DNA of 32,000 nt from Rhodobacter capsulatus SB 1003 (GTDB taxonomy: Bacteria > Pseudomonadota > Alphaproteobacteria > Rhodobacterales > Rhodobacteraceae). A program made the translations under genes and the position numbers. How positions within the stretch are numbered: the first letter of the stretch is position 1; each line of letters opens with the position of its first letter. Location of the stretch: contig NC_014034.1 of assembly GCF_000021865.1 (NCBI RefSeq), positions 1,920,001 through 1,952,000 of the forward strand, read 5' to 3'. The notes under the pieces are model-generated. The model searched no databases. It was given only the letters and a program-made list of their open reading frames with translations, and was not told the DNA's origin. Of this stretch, positions 9,369-17,156 are shown piece after piece.

Positions 9369-10370
9369 ATGGCTTTCCGTCTGAAACTGGTTCCCGAAAA
9401 GACCAACTTCGACTTTTTCCGCTGGCAATGGGCGACCTTCGGGGCGGCCATCGTGATGATGATCGCCTCGGTGATCCTGCCGCTGGTGATCGGGCTGAAC
9501 TTCGGCATCGACTTCAAGGGCGGCACGACGATCCGCACCGAATCCACGACGGCGATCGATGTCGGCGTCTATCGGGCCGCGCTGGAGCCGCTCGAGCTTG
9601 GCGATGTGATCATCTCCGAGGTCCGCGACCCCAGCTTCCGCGAAGATCAGCATGTGGCGATGATCCGCATCCAGATGCAGGAGGACGGGCAGGGCGCCGA
9701 GGGGCAGGGCGCGCAGGGCCAGGAGCTGGTGAACAAGGTCGAGACCGCGCTGACCGCGGTCGATCCGGCGCTGAAGATCACCTCGTTTGAATCCGTCGGC
9801 CCCAAGGTCTCGGGCGAGCTGGTCTGGACCGCGGTCTGGTCGCTTCTGGCGGCGACCGTGGTGATCATGTTCTACATCTGGGTCCGGTTCGAATGGCAAT
9901 TCGCGCTTGGCGCCGTGGTGGCGCTTGTCCATGACGTGCTGCTGACGGTCGGGCTTTTCGCCGTGCTGCAGCTGAAGTTCGATCTGACCACGGTGGCGGC
10001 GCTGTTGACGATCACCGGCTATTCGATCAACGACACCGTCGTCGTCTTTGACCGGCTGCGCGAAAACCTGATCAAATACAAGACGATGCCGCTGCGCGAC
10101 GTGATGAACCTGTCGGTCAACGAAACGCTTTCGCGCACGGTGATGACCGGCATGACGACGCTTCTGGCGCTGGTGCCGATGCTGATCTGGGGCGGCGACG
10201 TGATCCGCGGCTTCGTCTTCGCCATGGTCTGGGGGGTGTTCACCGGCACCTATTCCTCGGTCTATGTGGCGAAGAACATCGTGCTGTTCATCGGTCTTGA
10301 CCGCAACAAGGAGAAGAAGGACCCCTCGGACAAGTTCTTCTCGAACGGGGCGCAAGATGGCGCCCCGTGA
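9369..10370 (+). CDS. secF: protein translocase subunit SecF
   Basis: 333 aa with the GIDFKGGT motif and GYSINDTVVVFDR. A strong RBS (GAGGAGGA) lies upstream. Confidence 0.95.
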   Translation: MAFRLKLVPEKTNFDFFRWQWATFGAAIVMMIASVILPLVIGLNFGIDFKGGTTIRTESTTAIDVGVYRAALEPLELGDVIISEVRDPSFREDQHVAMIRIQMQEDGQGAEGQGAQGQELVNKVETALTAVDPALKITSFESVGPKVSGELVWTAVWSLLAATVVIMFYIWVRFEWQFALGAVVALVHDVLLTVGLFAVLQLKFDLTTVAALLTITGYSINDTVVVFDRLRENLIKYKTMPLRDVMNLSVNETLSRTVMTGMTTLLALVPMLIWGGDVIRGFVFAMVWGVFTGTYSSVYVAKNIVLFIGLDRNKEKKDPSDKFFSNGAQDGAP

Positions 10371-10731
10371 GCCGGGCTTCGCAGGCGCGCTGCCGATCGA
10401 CGGCTACGGACCCGGCTTTTTCCGCATTGCCGGGGCCGTGCATCGCGGCGGGCTTTTGATCCACGCCGAGGCGGCGATGCCCTGGACCGGCTTCGACGAT
10501 CTTGCGGCGCTGCGCGCGCTGGCCGGGCAGGTGGATCTGCTGCTGTGCGGGATGGGCGCGGATATCGCCCATCTTCCCAAGGGCTTGCAGGTGGAACTTG
10601 AAGCGCTTGGGGTGATGGCGGAGCCGATGTCCACCGCCTCTGCCGCGCGTCATTACAATGTGCTTCTGTCCGAGGGCCGCCGCGTCGGCGCCGCCCTTTT
10701 GCCGATGCCGGGCGCGGTGCCGACGGCATGA
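10357..10731 (+). CDS. Mth938-like (DUF498, NDUFAF3-related) domain protein
   Basis: The true start is most likely ATG 10357 ([26 protein letters not shown]...), giving 124 aa. The longer tracked ORF (10264) would overlap secF by more than 100 nt. The 14-nt overlap with secF and the ATGA overlap with ccmA support a coupled small gene. Confidence 0.8.
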   Translation: MAPREPGFAGALPIDGYGPGFFRIAGAVHRGGLLIHAEAAMPWTGFDDLAALRALAGQVDLLLCGMGADIAHLPKGLQVELEALGVMAEPMSTASAARHYNVLLSEGRRVGAALLPMPGAVPTA

Positions 10732-11372
10732 CGCTGCTGGCCGTCGATCAGCTCACGGTCAGCCGGGGCGGTCTTGCCGTGCTGGAGGGGGTGAGCTTCT
10801 CGCTTGCCGCGGGCCATGCGCTGGTGCTGCGCGGCCCGAACGGGATCGGCAAGACGACGCTTTTGCGCACGCTGGCGGGGCTGCAGCCGCCGCTGGCCGG
10901 GCGGGTGTCGATGCCGCCCGAGGGGATCGCCTATGCCGCCCATGCCGACGGGCTGAAGGCCACGCTTTCCGTGCGCGAAAACCTGCAGTTCTGGGCGGCG
11001 ATCCATGCGACGGACACGGTCGAGACGGCGCTTGCACGGATGAACCTGAACGCGCTGGAACACCGCGCCGCCGCAAGCCTTTCGGCGGGGCAAAAGCGTC
11101 GGCTTGGCCTTGCGCGGCTTCTGGTCACCGGGCGTCCGGTCTGGGTGCTGGACGAGCCGACGGTCTCGCTCGACGCCGCCTCGGTGGCACTTTTTGCCGA
11201 GGCCGTGCGGGCGCATCTGGCGGCGGGTGGGGCGGCGCTGATGGCGACCCATATCGATCTGGGCCTGTCCGAGGCGAGGGTTCTGGACCTTGCCCCGTTC
11301 AAGGCGCGTCCGCCCGAGGCGGGCGGCCATCGCGGCGCCTTCGATCACGGCTTTGACGGAGCCTTCCTGTGA
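10728..11372 (+). CDS. ccmA: heme exporter ATP-binding protein CcmA (HelA)
   Basis: 214 aa with Walker [10 protein letters not shown], signature LSAGQKRRL and Walker B VWVLDEPT. It is followed by ccmB, ccmC, ccmD and ccmG. Confidence 0.92.
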   Translation: MTLLAVDQLTVSRGGLAVLEGVSFSLAAGHALVLRGPNGIGKTTLLRTLAGLQPPLAGRVSMPPEGIAYAAHADGLKATLSVRENLQFWAAIHATDTVETALARMNLNALEHRAAASLSAGQKRRLGLARLLVTGRPVWVLDEPTVSLDAASVALFAEAVRAHLAAGGAALMATHIDLGLSEARVLDLAPFKARPPEAGGHRGAFDHGFDGAFL

Positions 11373-11394
11373 ACCGCGGCCCCCGAGTCCTGCC

Positions 11395-11460
11395 GCAAAA
11401 GGGCGTAGTTGTGCCAAGAAGAAACCGCATGGCCTTTTCCTGGTCCAAATACGCTCTTGC
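11395..11460. repeat. palindromic intergenic repeat, subtype 1 (copy C), inside the ccmA-ccmB spacer
   Basis: The left arm 11395-11429 (GCAAAAGGGCGTAGTTGTGCCAAGAAGAAACCGCA) is identical at 31 of 35 positions to the reverse complement of 27411-27445. The right arm 11430-11460 is an imperfect inverted copy. Confidence 0.65.
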
Positions 11461-11490
11461 CGACATCGGCTGTGGGCGGAGGATTTTGTC

Positions 11491-12147
11491 ATGAGGGCGC
11501 TTTTGTCGCGGGATCTGCGGCTGGCGATCCGGGCCGGGGGCGGCTTCGGGCTCGGGCTTGCATTTTTTCTGATCGTGGTGACGCTGGTGCCCTTTGGCGT
11601 CGGCCCGCAGGGCGAGATCCTGGCCCGGATCGCCAGCGGCATCCTGTGGCTGGGCGCCTTGCTCGCCTGTCTTCTGTCGCTCGACCGGATTTTTGCGCTC
11701 GATTTCGAGGATGGCTCGCTTGATCTTCTGGCCACCGCGCCGATCCCGATGGAGGCGGTGGTGACGATCAAGGCGCTGGCGCATTGGATCACCACCGGGT
11801 TGCCGCTGGTTCTGGCGGCGCCGCTATTCGCCGTGCTGCTGCATTTGCCCGCGCCCGCCTATCTCTGGCTCGAGGTCTCGCTGCTTCTGGGCACGCCGGC
11901 GCTGTCGGTGCTGGGCACCTTTGGCGCGGCGCTGACGGTGGGGCTGAAGCGGGGGGGCTTGCTGTTGCCGCTGCTCGCCCTGCCGCTTTATGTGCCGACG
12001 CTGATCTTTGGCGCCGAACTGGTGCGGCGCGGCGCCGAGGGCCTGGCGATCGAAGTGCCGCTGGCGATGCTGGCGGGGATCACCGCGGCCACGGTGGCTT
12101 TGGTGCCCTTTGCTTCGGCGGCGGCGATCCGGGTCAATTTGCGGTGA
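11491..12147 (+). CDS. ccmB: heme exporter membrane protein CcmB (HelB)
   Basis: Start chosen at ATG 11491 (MRALLSRDLRLAIRAGGG...), giving 218 aa. It has the conserved FALDFEDGSLDLL motif and six hydrophobic segments. The upstream part of the tracked ORF crosses the repeat element and is not coding-like. Confidence 0.9.
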   Translation: MRALLSRDLRLAIRAGGGFGLGLAFFLIVVTLVPFGVGPQGEILARIASGILWLGALLACLLSLDRIFALDFEDGSLDLLATAPIPMEAVVTIKALAHWITTGLPLVLAAPLFAVLLHLPAPAYLWLEVSLLLGTPALSVLGTFGAALTVGLKRGGLLLPLLALPLYVPTLIFGAELVRRGAEGLAIEVPLAMLAGITAATVALVPFASAAAIRVNLR

Positions 12148-12230
12148 AACTTATTCCAGATTGATGCGAGTCAATCCGGGCCGTGGCAAAGCATGACATG
12201 TCCGACGGGACGCGAGAGGGAGGAGAGCCG

Positions 12231-12959
12231 ATGTCGATCTGGGAATATGCGAACCCGGTCAAGTTCATGCAGACTTCGGGCCGGCTTTTGCCCTGGGTCG
12301 TGGCGGCGACGGTTCTGACGCTGCTGCCCGGGCTCGTCTGGGGCTTTTTCTTCACCCCGGTCGCGGCCGAATTCGGCGCGACGGTCAAGGTGATCTATGT
12401 CCACGTTCCGGCGGCGACGCTGGCGATCAACATCTGGGTGATGATGCTGGTCGCCTCGCTGATCTGGCTGATCCGGCGTCATCACGTCTCGGCGCTGGCG
12501 GCGAAGGCGGCGGCGCCGATCGGCATGGTGATGACGCTGATCGCGCTGATCACCGGGGCGTTCTGGGGGCAGCCGATGTGGGGAACCTGGTGGGAATGGG
12601 ATCCGCGGTTGACCTCGTTCCTGATCCTGTTCCTGTTCTATCTGGGCTACATGGCGCTGTGGGAAGCGATCGAGAACCCCGATACCGCCGCCGATCTGAC
12701 CGGGGTTCTGTGTCTTGTGGGCTCGGTCTTTGCGGTGCTGTCGCGCTATGCGGCGATCTTCTGGAACCAGGGCCTGCATCAGGGCTCGACGCTCAGCCTC
12801 GACAAGGAAGAGCATATTGCGGATGTTTATTGGCAGCCCCTGGTGCTCTCGATCGCGGGCTTCGGGATGCTCTTCGTGGCTCTGTTGCTGTTGCGTACCC
12901 GCACCGAGATCCGCGCCCGTCGTCTGAAGGCACTGGAACAAAGGGAGCGCATGGCATGA
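12231..12959 (+). CDS. ccmC: heme exporter / heme-handling protein CcmC (HelC)
   Basis: Trp-rich WWD motif WGTWWEWDPRLTS. Start chosen at ATG 12231 (MSIWEYANP...), preceded by GGGAGGAG, giving 242 aa. ATG 12183 is possible but lacks an RBS. Confidence 0.9.
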   Translation: MSIWEYANPVKFMQTSGRLLPWVVAATVLTLLPGLVWGFFFTPVAAEFGATVKVIYVHVPAATLAINIWVMMLVASLIWLIRRHHVSALAAKAAAPIGMVMTLIALITGAFWGQPMWGTWWEWDPRLTSFLILFLFYLGYMALWEAIENPDTAADLTGVLCLVGSVFAVLSRYAAIFWNQGLHQGSTLSLDKEEHIADVYWQPLVLSIAGFGMLFVALLLLRTRTEIRARRLKALEQRERMA

Positions 12960-13114
12960 TGCCGGAGTTCGGAAAATACGCCGTCACGATCCTTGCGTCC
13001 TGGGGGGCGACGCTTGTGCTGCTGGCGGGGCTGATCGCGGCCACGCTGATCCGCGGCGCGCAGGTGAAACGGGCGTTGAAAGCCCAGGAAGAACGGATGA
13101 AGAACGATGGCTAA
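12956..13114 (+). CDS. ccmD: heme exporter protein CcmD (HelD / ORF52)
   Basis: 52 aa (MMPEFGKYAVTILASWGATLVLLAGLIAATLIRGAQVKRALKAQEERMKNDG) with a single TM segment and a basic tail. It is hidden inside a longer spurious tracked ORF. It has an ATGA overlap with the ccmC stop and an 8-nt overlap with ccmG. Confidence 0.85.
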   Translation: MMPEFGKYAVTILASWGATLVLLAGLIAATLIRGAQVKRALKAQEERMKNDG

Positions 13115-13637
13115 GCCCTTGATGTTTCTTCCGCTGCTGGTGATGGCGGGCTTTGTTGGCGCGGGCTATTTCGCGATGCAGCAAAATGACCCGAATGCCA
13201 TGCCGACCGCGCTTGCCGGCAAGGAGGCGCCCGCGGTCCGGCTTGAACCGCTGGGCGCGGAGGCGCCCTTCACCGATGCTGATCTGCGCGACGGCAAGAT
13301 CAAGCTGGTGAACTTCTGGGCTTCCTGGTGCGCGCCCTGTCGGGTCGAACATCCGAATCTGATCGGTCTGAAACAGGACGGAATCGAGATTATGGGTGTG
13401 AACTGGAAGGACACGCCCGACCAGGCGCAGGGGTTCCTGGCCGAGATGGGCAGCCCCTACACCAGGCTTGGCGCCGATCCGGGCAACAAGATGGGGCTGG
13501 ATTGGGGCGTGGCCGGGGTGCCCGAGACCTTCGTGGTCGATGGTGCGGGGCGCATCCTGACCCGCATTGCCGGGCCGCTGACCGAGGATGTGATCACGAA
13601 AAAGATCGACCCGCTTCTGGCCGGGACGGCGGATTAG
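13107..13637 (+). CDS. ccmG: periplasmic thiol:disulfide oxidoreductase CcmG/DsbE (HelX)
   Basis: 176 aa with an N-terminal anchor, the WASWCAPCRVEHP CxxC motif and GVPETF. Confidence 0.92.
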   Translation: MAKPLMFLPLLVMAGFVGAGYFAMQQNDPNAMPTALAGKEAPAVRLEPLGAEAPFTDADLRDGKIKLVNFWASWCAPCRVEHPNLIGLKQDGIEIMGVNWKDTPDQAQGFLAEMGSPYTRLGADPGNKMGLDWGVAGVPETFVVDGAGRILTRIAGPLTEDVITKKIDPLLAGTAD

Positions 13638-13653
13638 ATCCTGCGTCTTCGTA

Positions 13654-13676
13654 CCGGGGCCTGTGGCGGGCCCCGG
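13654..13676. terminator. GC-rich hairpin between convergent ccmG and hpt (possible bidirectional terminator)
   Basis: CCGGGGCC-tgtggcg-GGCCCCGG, an 8-bp perfect stem. There is no clear U-tract on either strand. Confidence 0.4.
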
Positions 13677-13690
13677 CAGGAAAACCGTGA

Positions 13691-14239
13691 TCACTTCTGC
13701 GGATCGGTGAAGCGGACCGTGCCGATGAAGGGAAGGTTGCGGTGGTTTTGCGCATAGTCGAGCCCGTAGCCGACAACGAATTCATCGGGGATCTCAAAAC
13801 CGGTCCAGCGCGCCTTCACATCGACCTCGCGGCGCGACGGCTTGTCGAGCATGGCGCAGCATTCGATCCGCCGCGGTGCGCGTGCCCGCAACATCTCCAT
13901 CACTTTCGAAATCGTATGTCCGGTGTCGATGATATCTTCCACGACCAGCACGTCGCGTCCGCCAATTATGCCGCGCAAGTCCTTGAGAACGCGGACCTCT
14001 CGGGTTGAGGTGGTCTCGTTGCCATAGCTTGAGGCCTCAAGGAAATCGACCTCGCAGGGCACGCCGATTTCCCGGATCAGATCGGCGATGAAGACGAAGG
14101 AGCCGCGCAACAGGCCCACCACCACCAGACGGTCGGTGTCCTTGAAGGCCTCGGTGATTTCGGCGCCAAGTGCCTCGACCCGGGCCGCGATGGCTTTGGC
14201 CGAGATCATCTGGTCGATTACGTAACCGCTTTGCGACAT
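13691..14239 (-). CDS. hpt: hypoxanthine phosphoribosyltransferase
   Basis: Start at ATG 14239 ([15 protein letters not shown]...), preceded by AGGAGG, giving 182 aa. It has the PRPP-binding motif [13 protein letters not shown]. The remainder of the 364-aa tracked ORF is antisense to the next gene and is spurious. Confidence 0.92.
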
Positions 14240-14320
14240 CGTTCCTCCTGCGGCCTCTCGGCCCTTGCAATTCGGTTGCTTTATCGCAAGAAGAGGCGCG
14301 GGAAAAGGGAGGCGGGCACG

Positions 14321-14791
14321 ATGCCGCGGCACACCGAACAGCGTTTCATGCCCTATTCGGCGGCGCAGATGTATGCGCTTGTGGCCGACGTCGCGCGGTA
14401 TCCGGAATTTCTGCCCTGGAATTCCGCCGCCCGCATCCGCGCCCGCAAGCCCGGGCCGCGTCCGGGCACCGAATTGATGGAAGCGGATCTGGTGATCTCG
14501 TTCAAGGTGTTCCGCGAACGCTTCGGATCCCGTGTCGTGCTGGATCCCGACAACTTTCGCGTCGATACGCAATATCTCGACGGGCCTTTCAAGCACATGC
14601 ATTCCTGGTGGCAGTTCTCGGATCGTCCCGGGGGATGCGAGGTCGATTTCTTCGTCGATTTCGAATTCAAGAATGCGCTGCTGCAGGGGGTTATCGGTAT
14701 CGTTTTCGATCAGGCGATGCGGATGATCGTGAAGGCTTTCGAAGATCGGGCGATCGCGCTTTACGGTTGGTCCGGCCGGGTGCAAAGCTGA
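14321..14791 (+). CDS. SRPBCC-fold protein of the RatA / COQ10 (polyketide cyclase-dehydrase-like) family
   Basis: Start at ATG 14321 ([33 protein letters not shown]...), preceded by AAGGGAGG, giving 156 aa. This is the typical COQ10/RatA N-terminal sequence. Confidence 0.85.
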
Positions 14792-14816
14792 ACCTGCGGG
14801 GCGCCTGCAGATGAAT

Positions 14817-14848
14817 AAGGCCGCCCTTTGGCGGCCTTTCTGTTTTCA
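14817..14848. terminator. rho-independent terminator between the convergent SRPBCC gene and amt
   Basis: AAGGCCGCC-cttt-GGCGGCCTT, a 9-bp stem, followed by TCTGTTTT on the + strand. Confidence 0.6.
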
Positions 14849-14863
14849 CACAAGGGCTTGCGA

Positions 14864-16042
14864 TCAGGAGTTCAAGTCGTAGGCGCGTTCGCCATGGGTC
14901 GAAATGTCCAGACCGTTGGTCTCGGATTCCTTGTCCACGCGCATCGGAAAGACCAGCGCGACGGCGCGGGCAATGCCCCAGGTCAGGGCGATCGTGTAAA
15001 GGCCCACGATCAGAAGGGCCCCGAGCTGCGCGGTAAAGCTTGCTGCACCAAAGACCGCGACCATGATCGTTCCGAAGATGCCGCCGACACCATGCACGGC
15101 GAAGACATCAAGCGAATCGTCCAGCTTGAGCCGTTCGCGCACGATCAGCACCGATTCCTGGCACAGAATGCCCGCGACCGTGCCGATAATCACCGCTTGC
15201 AGCGGCGAGACATAGCCCGAGGCGGGGGTCACCGAAGCAAGGCCCGCAATGGAGCCGGTGACGATGCCCACGAGCGAGGCACGGCCGAACTTGAGCCTTT
15301 CCCAGAACATCCAGGACAGCGAAGCGGCGGCGGCGCTCAGATGCGTGGCGGTGATCGCCATCGCGGCCGTGCCGTCGGCGGCAAGTTCTGAACCGCCATT
15401 GAAGCCGAACCAGCCAACCCAAAGAAGCCCCGCGCCGATCGCCACCATGCCGGGATTGTGCGGCGGCGTGTGGCGGTTGCGGCGCGGCCCGATCATCACC
15501 GCCAGCAACAAGGCCGCCAGCGCCGCGGTTTCATGCACCACAATGCCGCCGGCGAAATCCCGCGTGCCTTTTTCGCCGAAGATCCCGCCGTCCGACAGAA
15601 AGCCCGCGCCCCAGATCCAATGCGCCACCGGCGCATAGACCAGCAGCATCCAGACCGCCGAAAAGGTGAAAACCCACCAGAAATTCACCCGCTCGACAAA
15701 GGCGCCAAGGATCAGCGCTGGTGTGATCACAGCGAAGGTCATCTGGAAGGCGAAGAACAGGATCTCGGGCAGGGTGCCGCGCAGATCGTCTGCGGTGACC
15801 CCGATCATCCCCAGACGCGACAGACCGCCCCAGAGGCCGCCGACATCGCCAAAGGCGATCGAATAGCCTGCAAGCAACCACAAAAGGCTCATCGCGGCGG
15901 CAAGTGCGAAGCACTGCATGAAGATTGACAATACGCTGCGGGCCCGCACCAGCCCGCCATAGAAAAGCGCAAGGCCCGGCAGCGTCATCAACAGCACGAG
16001 TGCCGTCGCCATGCTGACCCAGGCCGTATCTGCCCCGTTCAT
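14864..16042 (-). CDS. amt: ammonium transporter (Amt family), with no adjacent glnK
   Basis: 392 aa, about 11 TM segments, with the DFAGGIVVHETAA and FAVHGVGGIFGT signature His motifs. An RBS (GAGGAGG) lies upstream. It may correspond to the glnK-unlinked amtY of R. capsulatus (recall only). Confidence 0.93.
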   Translation of the reverse strand: MNGADTAWVSMATALVLLMTLPGLALFYGGLVRARSVLSIFMQCFALAAAMSLLWLLAGYSIAFGDVGGLWGGLSRLGMIGVTADDLRGTLPEILFFAFQMTFAVITPALILGAFVERVNFWWVFTFSAVWMLLVYAPVAHWIWGAGFLSDGGIFGEKGTRDFAGGIVVHETAALAALLLAVMIGPRRNRHTPPHNPGMVAIGAGLLWVGWFGFNGGSELAADGTAAMAITATHLSAAAASLSWMFWERLKFGRASLVGIVTGSIAGLASVTPASGYVSPLQAVIIGTVAGILCQESVLIVRERLKLDDSLDVFAVHGVGGIFGTIMVAVFGAASFTAQLGALLIVGLYTIALTWGIARAVALVFPMRVDKESETNGLDISTHGERAYDLNS

Positions 16043-16162
16043 CCCGAATCCTCCTCGTCGGTTCGGCAGCGGCGAAGCATGCCGAAACCGCCATGAAAAG
16101 GCGCGAGGGGCGACAATATGCGCTTAATTCATGGGCGTATTCTTGTTGCTGAAGGATTGGGC

Positions 16163-16177
16163 GCAATTTTTGCACCA
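16163..16177 (-). promoter_or_regulatory. sigma-54-like -24/-12 element upstream of amt (candidate only)
   Basis: The minus strand reads TGGTGC-AAAAA-TTGC, against the consensus TGGCAC-N5-TTGC. The GG and GC dinucleotides and the spacing are exact. It lies about 120 nt upstream of the amt ATG. Confidence 0.3.
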
Positions 16178-16196
16178 AGCCGGGAATTGTGGCGGA

Positions 16197-16664
16197 TTAC
16201 GAAAGCGCAGCGGCCAGCAGCGACAGGGCGTGATCGCGGGACTTTTCCCGGACCGCGGACCGGCCAAGGGCGCCGAACTCTTGCGTTTCGGTGTGCGTCG
16301 GCCCCCCGCGGCGGGCGAGGCCGAAACAGACGCGGCCTTCGGGCTTGAACTCGGACCCGCCGGGACCGGCGATTCCGGTGATCGACACCGCCAGATCGGC
16401 GGCGGACCGGGCCAGCGCGCCCTCGGCCATTTCGCGCGCCACCTGTTCGGAAACCGCGCCAAAGGCCTCGAGTGTCTCGACCGAAACGCCCAGCATCTCG
16501 ACCTTGGCGGCGTTCGAATAGGTGACGAAACCGCGTTCGAAAACGCGCGAGGATCCGGGGATCTCGGTCAGGGCGGCGGCAACCATGCCGCCGGTGCAGC
16601 TTTCCGCCGTGGTGATGCGGATGCCCTTTTCTTGCGCCGCATCAAGCACTTCCACGGCGATCAT
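16197..16664 (-). CDS. pncC: CinA-family nicotinamide-nucleotide amidohydrolase (PncC domain only)
   Basis: 155 aa with the ITTAESCTGGMVAAAL motif. It has an ATGA overlap with the pgpA stop. Confidence 0.88.
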   Translation of the reverse strand: MIAVEVLDAAQEKGIRITTAESCTGGMVAAALTEIPGSSRVFERGFVTYSNAAKVEMLGVSVETLEAFGAVSEQVAREMAEGALARSAADLAVSITGIAGPGGSEFKPEGRVCFGLARRGGPTHTETQEFGALGRSAVREKSRDHALSLLAAALS

Positions 16665-17155
16665 CGGATCAACCCATGCCAGAGACCGGCCGCGATCACG
16701 GTGCAGATCCCTGCAAAGAGCCCCGCCCAGAGATCGTCAAGCATCACCCCCGCCGCATCGCCGCGACGGTCGGCACGGCCGACAAGCCAGGGCTTCCAGA
16801 TGTCGAAGAGCCGAAAGAACAGAAAGGCCGCCACCGGCCCCGGCCAGACCATCGACATGTCCCGCAGCCAGAACCCGGCGGCGGGGAAGATCAGCGCGAC
16901 GCCGATGCCCGCCACCTCGTCGATGACGATTTCCGACGGGTCCTCGCCCGGGCGGTCGCGCAATTCACGCGCCACGGCCCAGAAGCCCAAGGCCGTGATC
17001 ACAGCCGTTGCCGCCACAAGCGGGCCAAATCCGGCAAAGCGCTCGACGGCCCAGAGCAGGGCCAGACCCGCCGCCGTGCCCCAGGTGCCCGGGGCCGGGC
17101 GCAACCGGCCGACGAAGCCGAAGGTGGTGATGGCCTGCAGCCAGCGGGCCGCCAT
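16661..17155 (-). CDS. pgpA: phosphatidylglycerophosphatase A
   Basis: 164 aa with the APGTWGTAAG motif and FDIWKPW. It is a membrane protein and starts 1 nt after the ispDF stop. Confidence 0.88.
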   Translation of the reverse strand: MAARWLQAITTFGFVGRLRPAPGTWGTAAGLALLWAVERFAGFGPLVAATAVITALGFWAVARELRDRPGEDPSEIVIDEVAGIGVALIFPAAGFWLRDMSMVWPGPVAAFLFFRLFDIWKPWLVGRADRRGDAAGVMLDDLWAGLFAGICTVIAAGLWHGLIR

Positions 17156-17156
17156 C

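Noticed and set aside
7536-10355. Very long antisense ORFs. Examples are the 939-aa ORF opposite secDF, the 952-aa ORF at 27364-30222 opposite the acylase gene, the 778-aa ORF at 16131-18467, and the 563-aa ORF at 5611-7302.
   Set aside because: Their translations are Arg/Gly/Pro/His/Asp-rich low-complexity strings with no recognisable motifs. They lie exactly opposite strongly recognisable genes, and such stop-free antisense frames are expected in high-GC DNA.
10728-13637. An incomplete ccm system (only ccmABCDG; no ccmE, ccmF, ccmH or ccmI) as a sign of degeneration.
   Set aside because: A split arrangement, with the remaining maturation genes at other loci, is the established organisation in Rhodobacter (hel versus ccl/cycH loci). 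All five genes here are intact and carry their signature motifs.
14321-14791. The RatA-type protein as a toxin-antitoxin module.
   Set aside because: No small partner gene exists; the gene is flanked by divergent hpt and a terminator. The SRPBCC/COQ10-like fold is a widespread housekeeping family in Alphaproteobacteria, and the toxin label is inherited from E. coli annotation.
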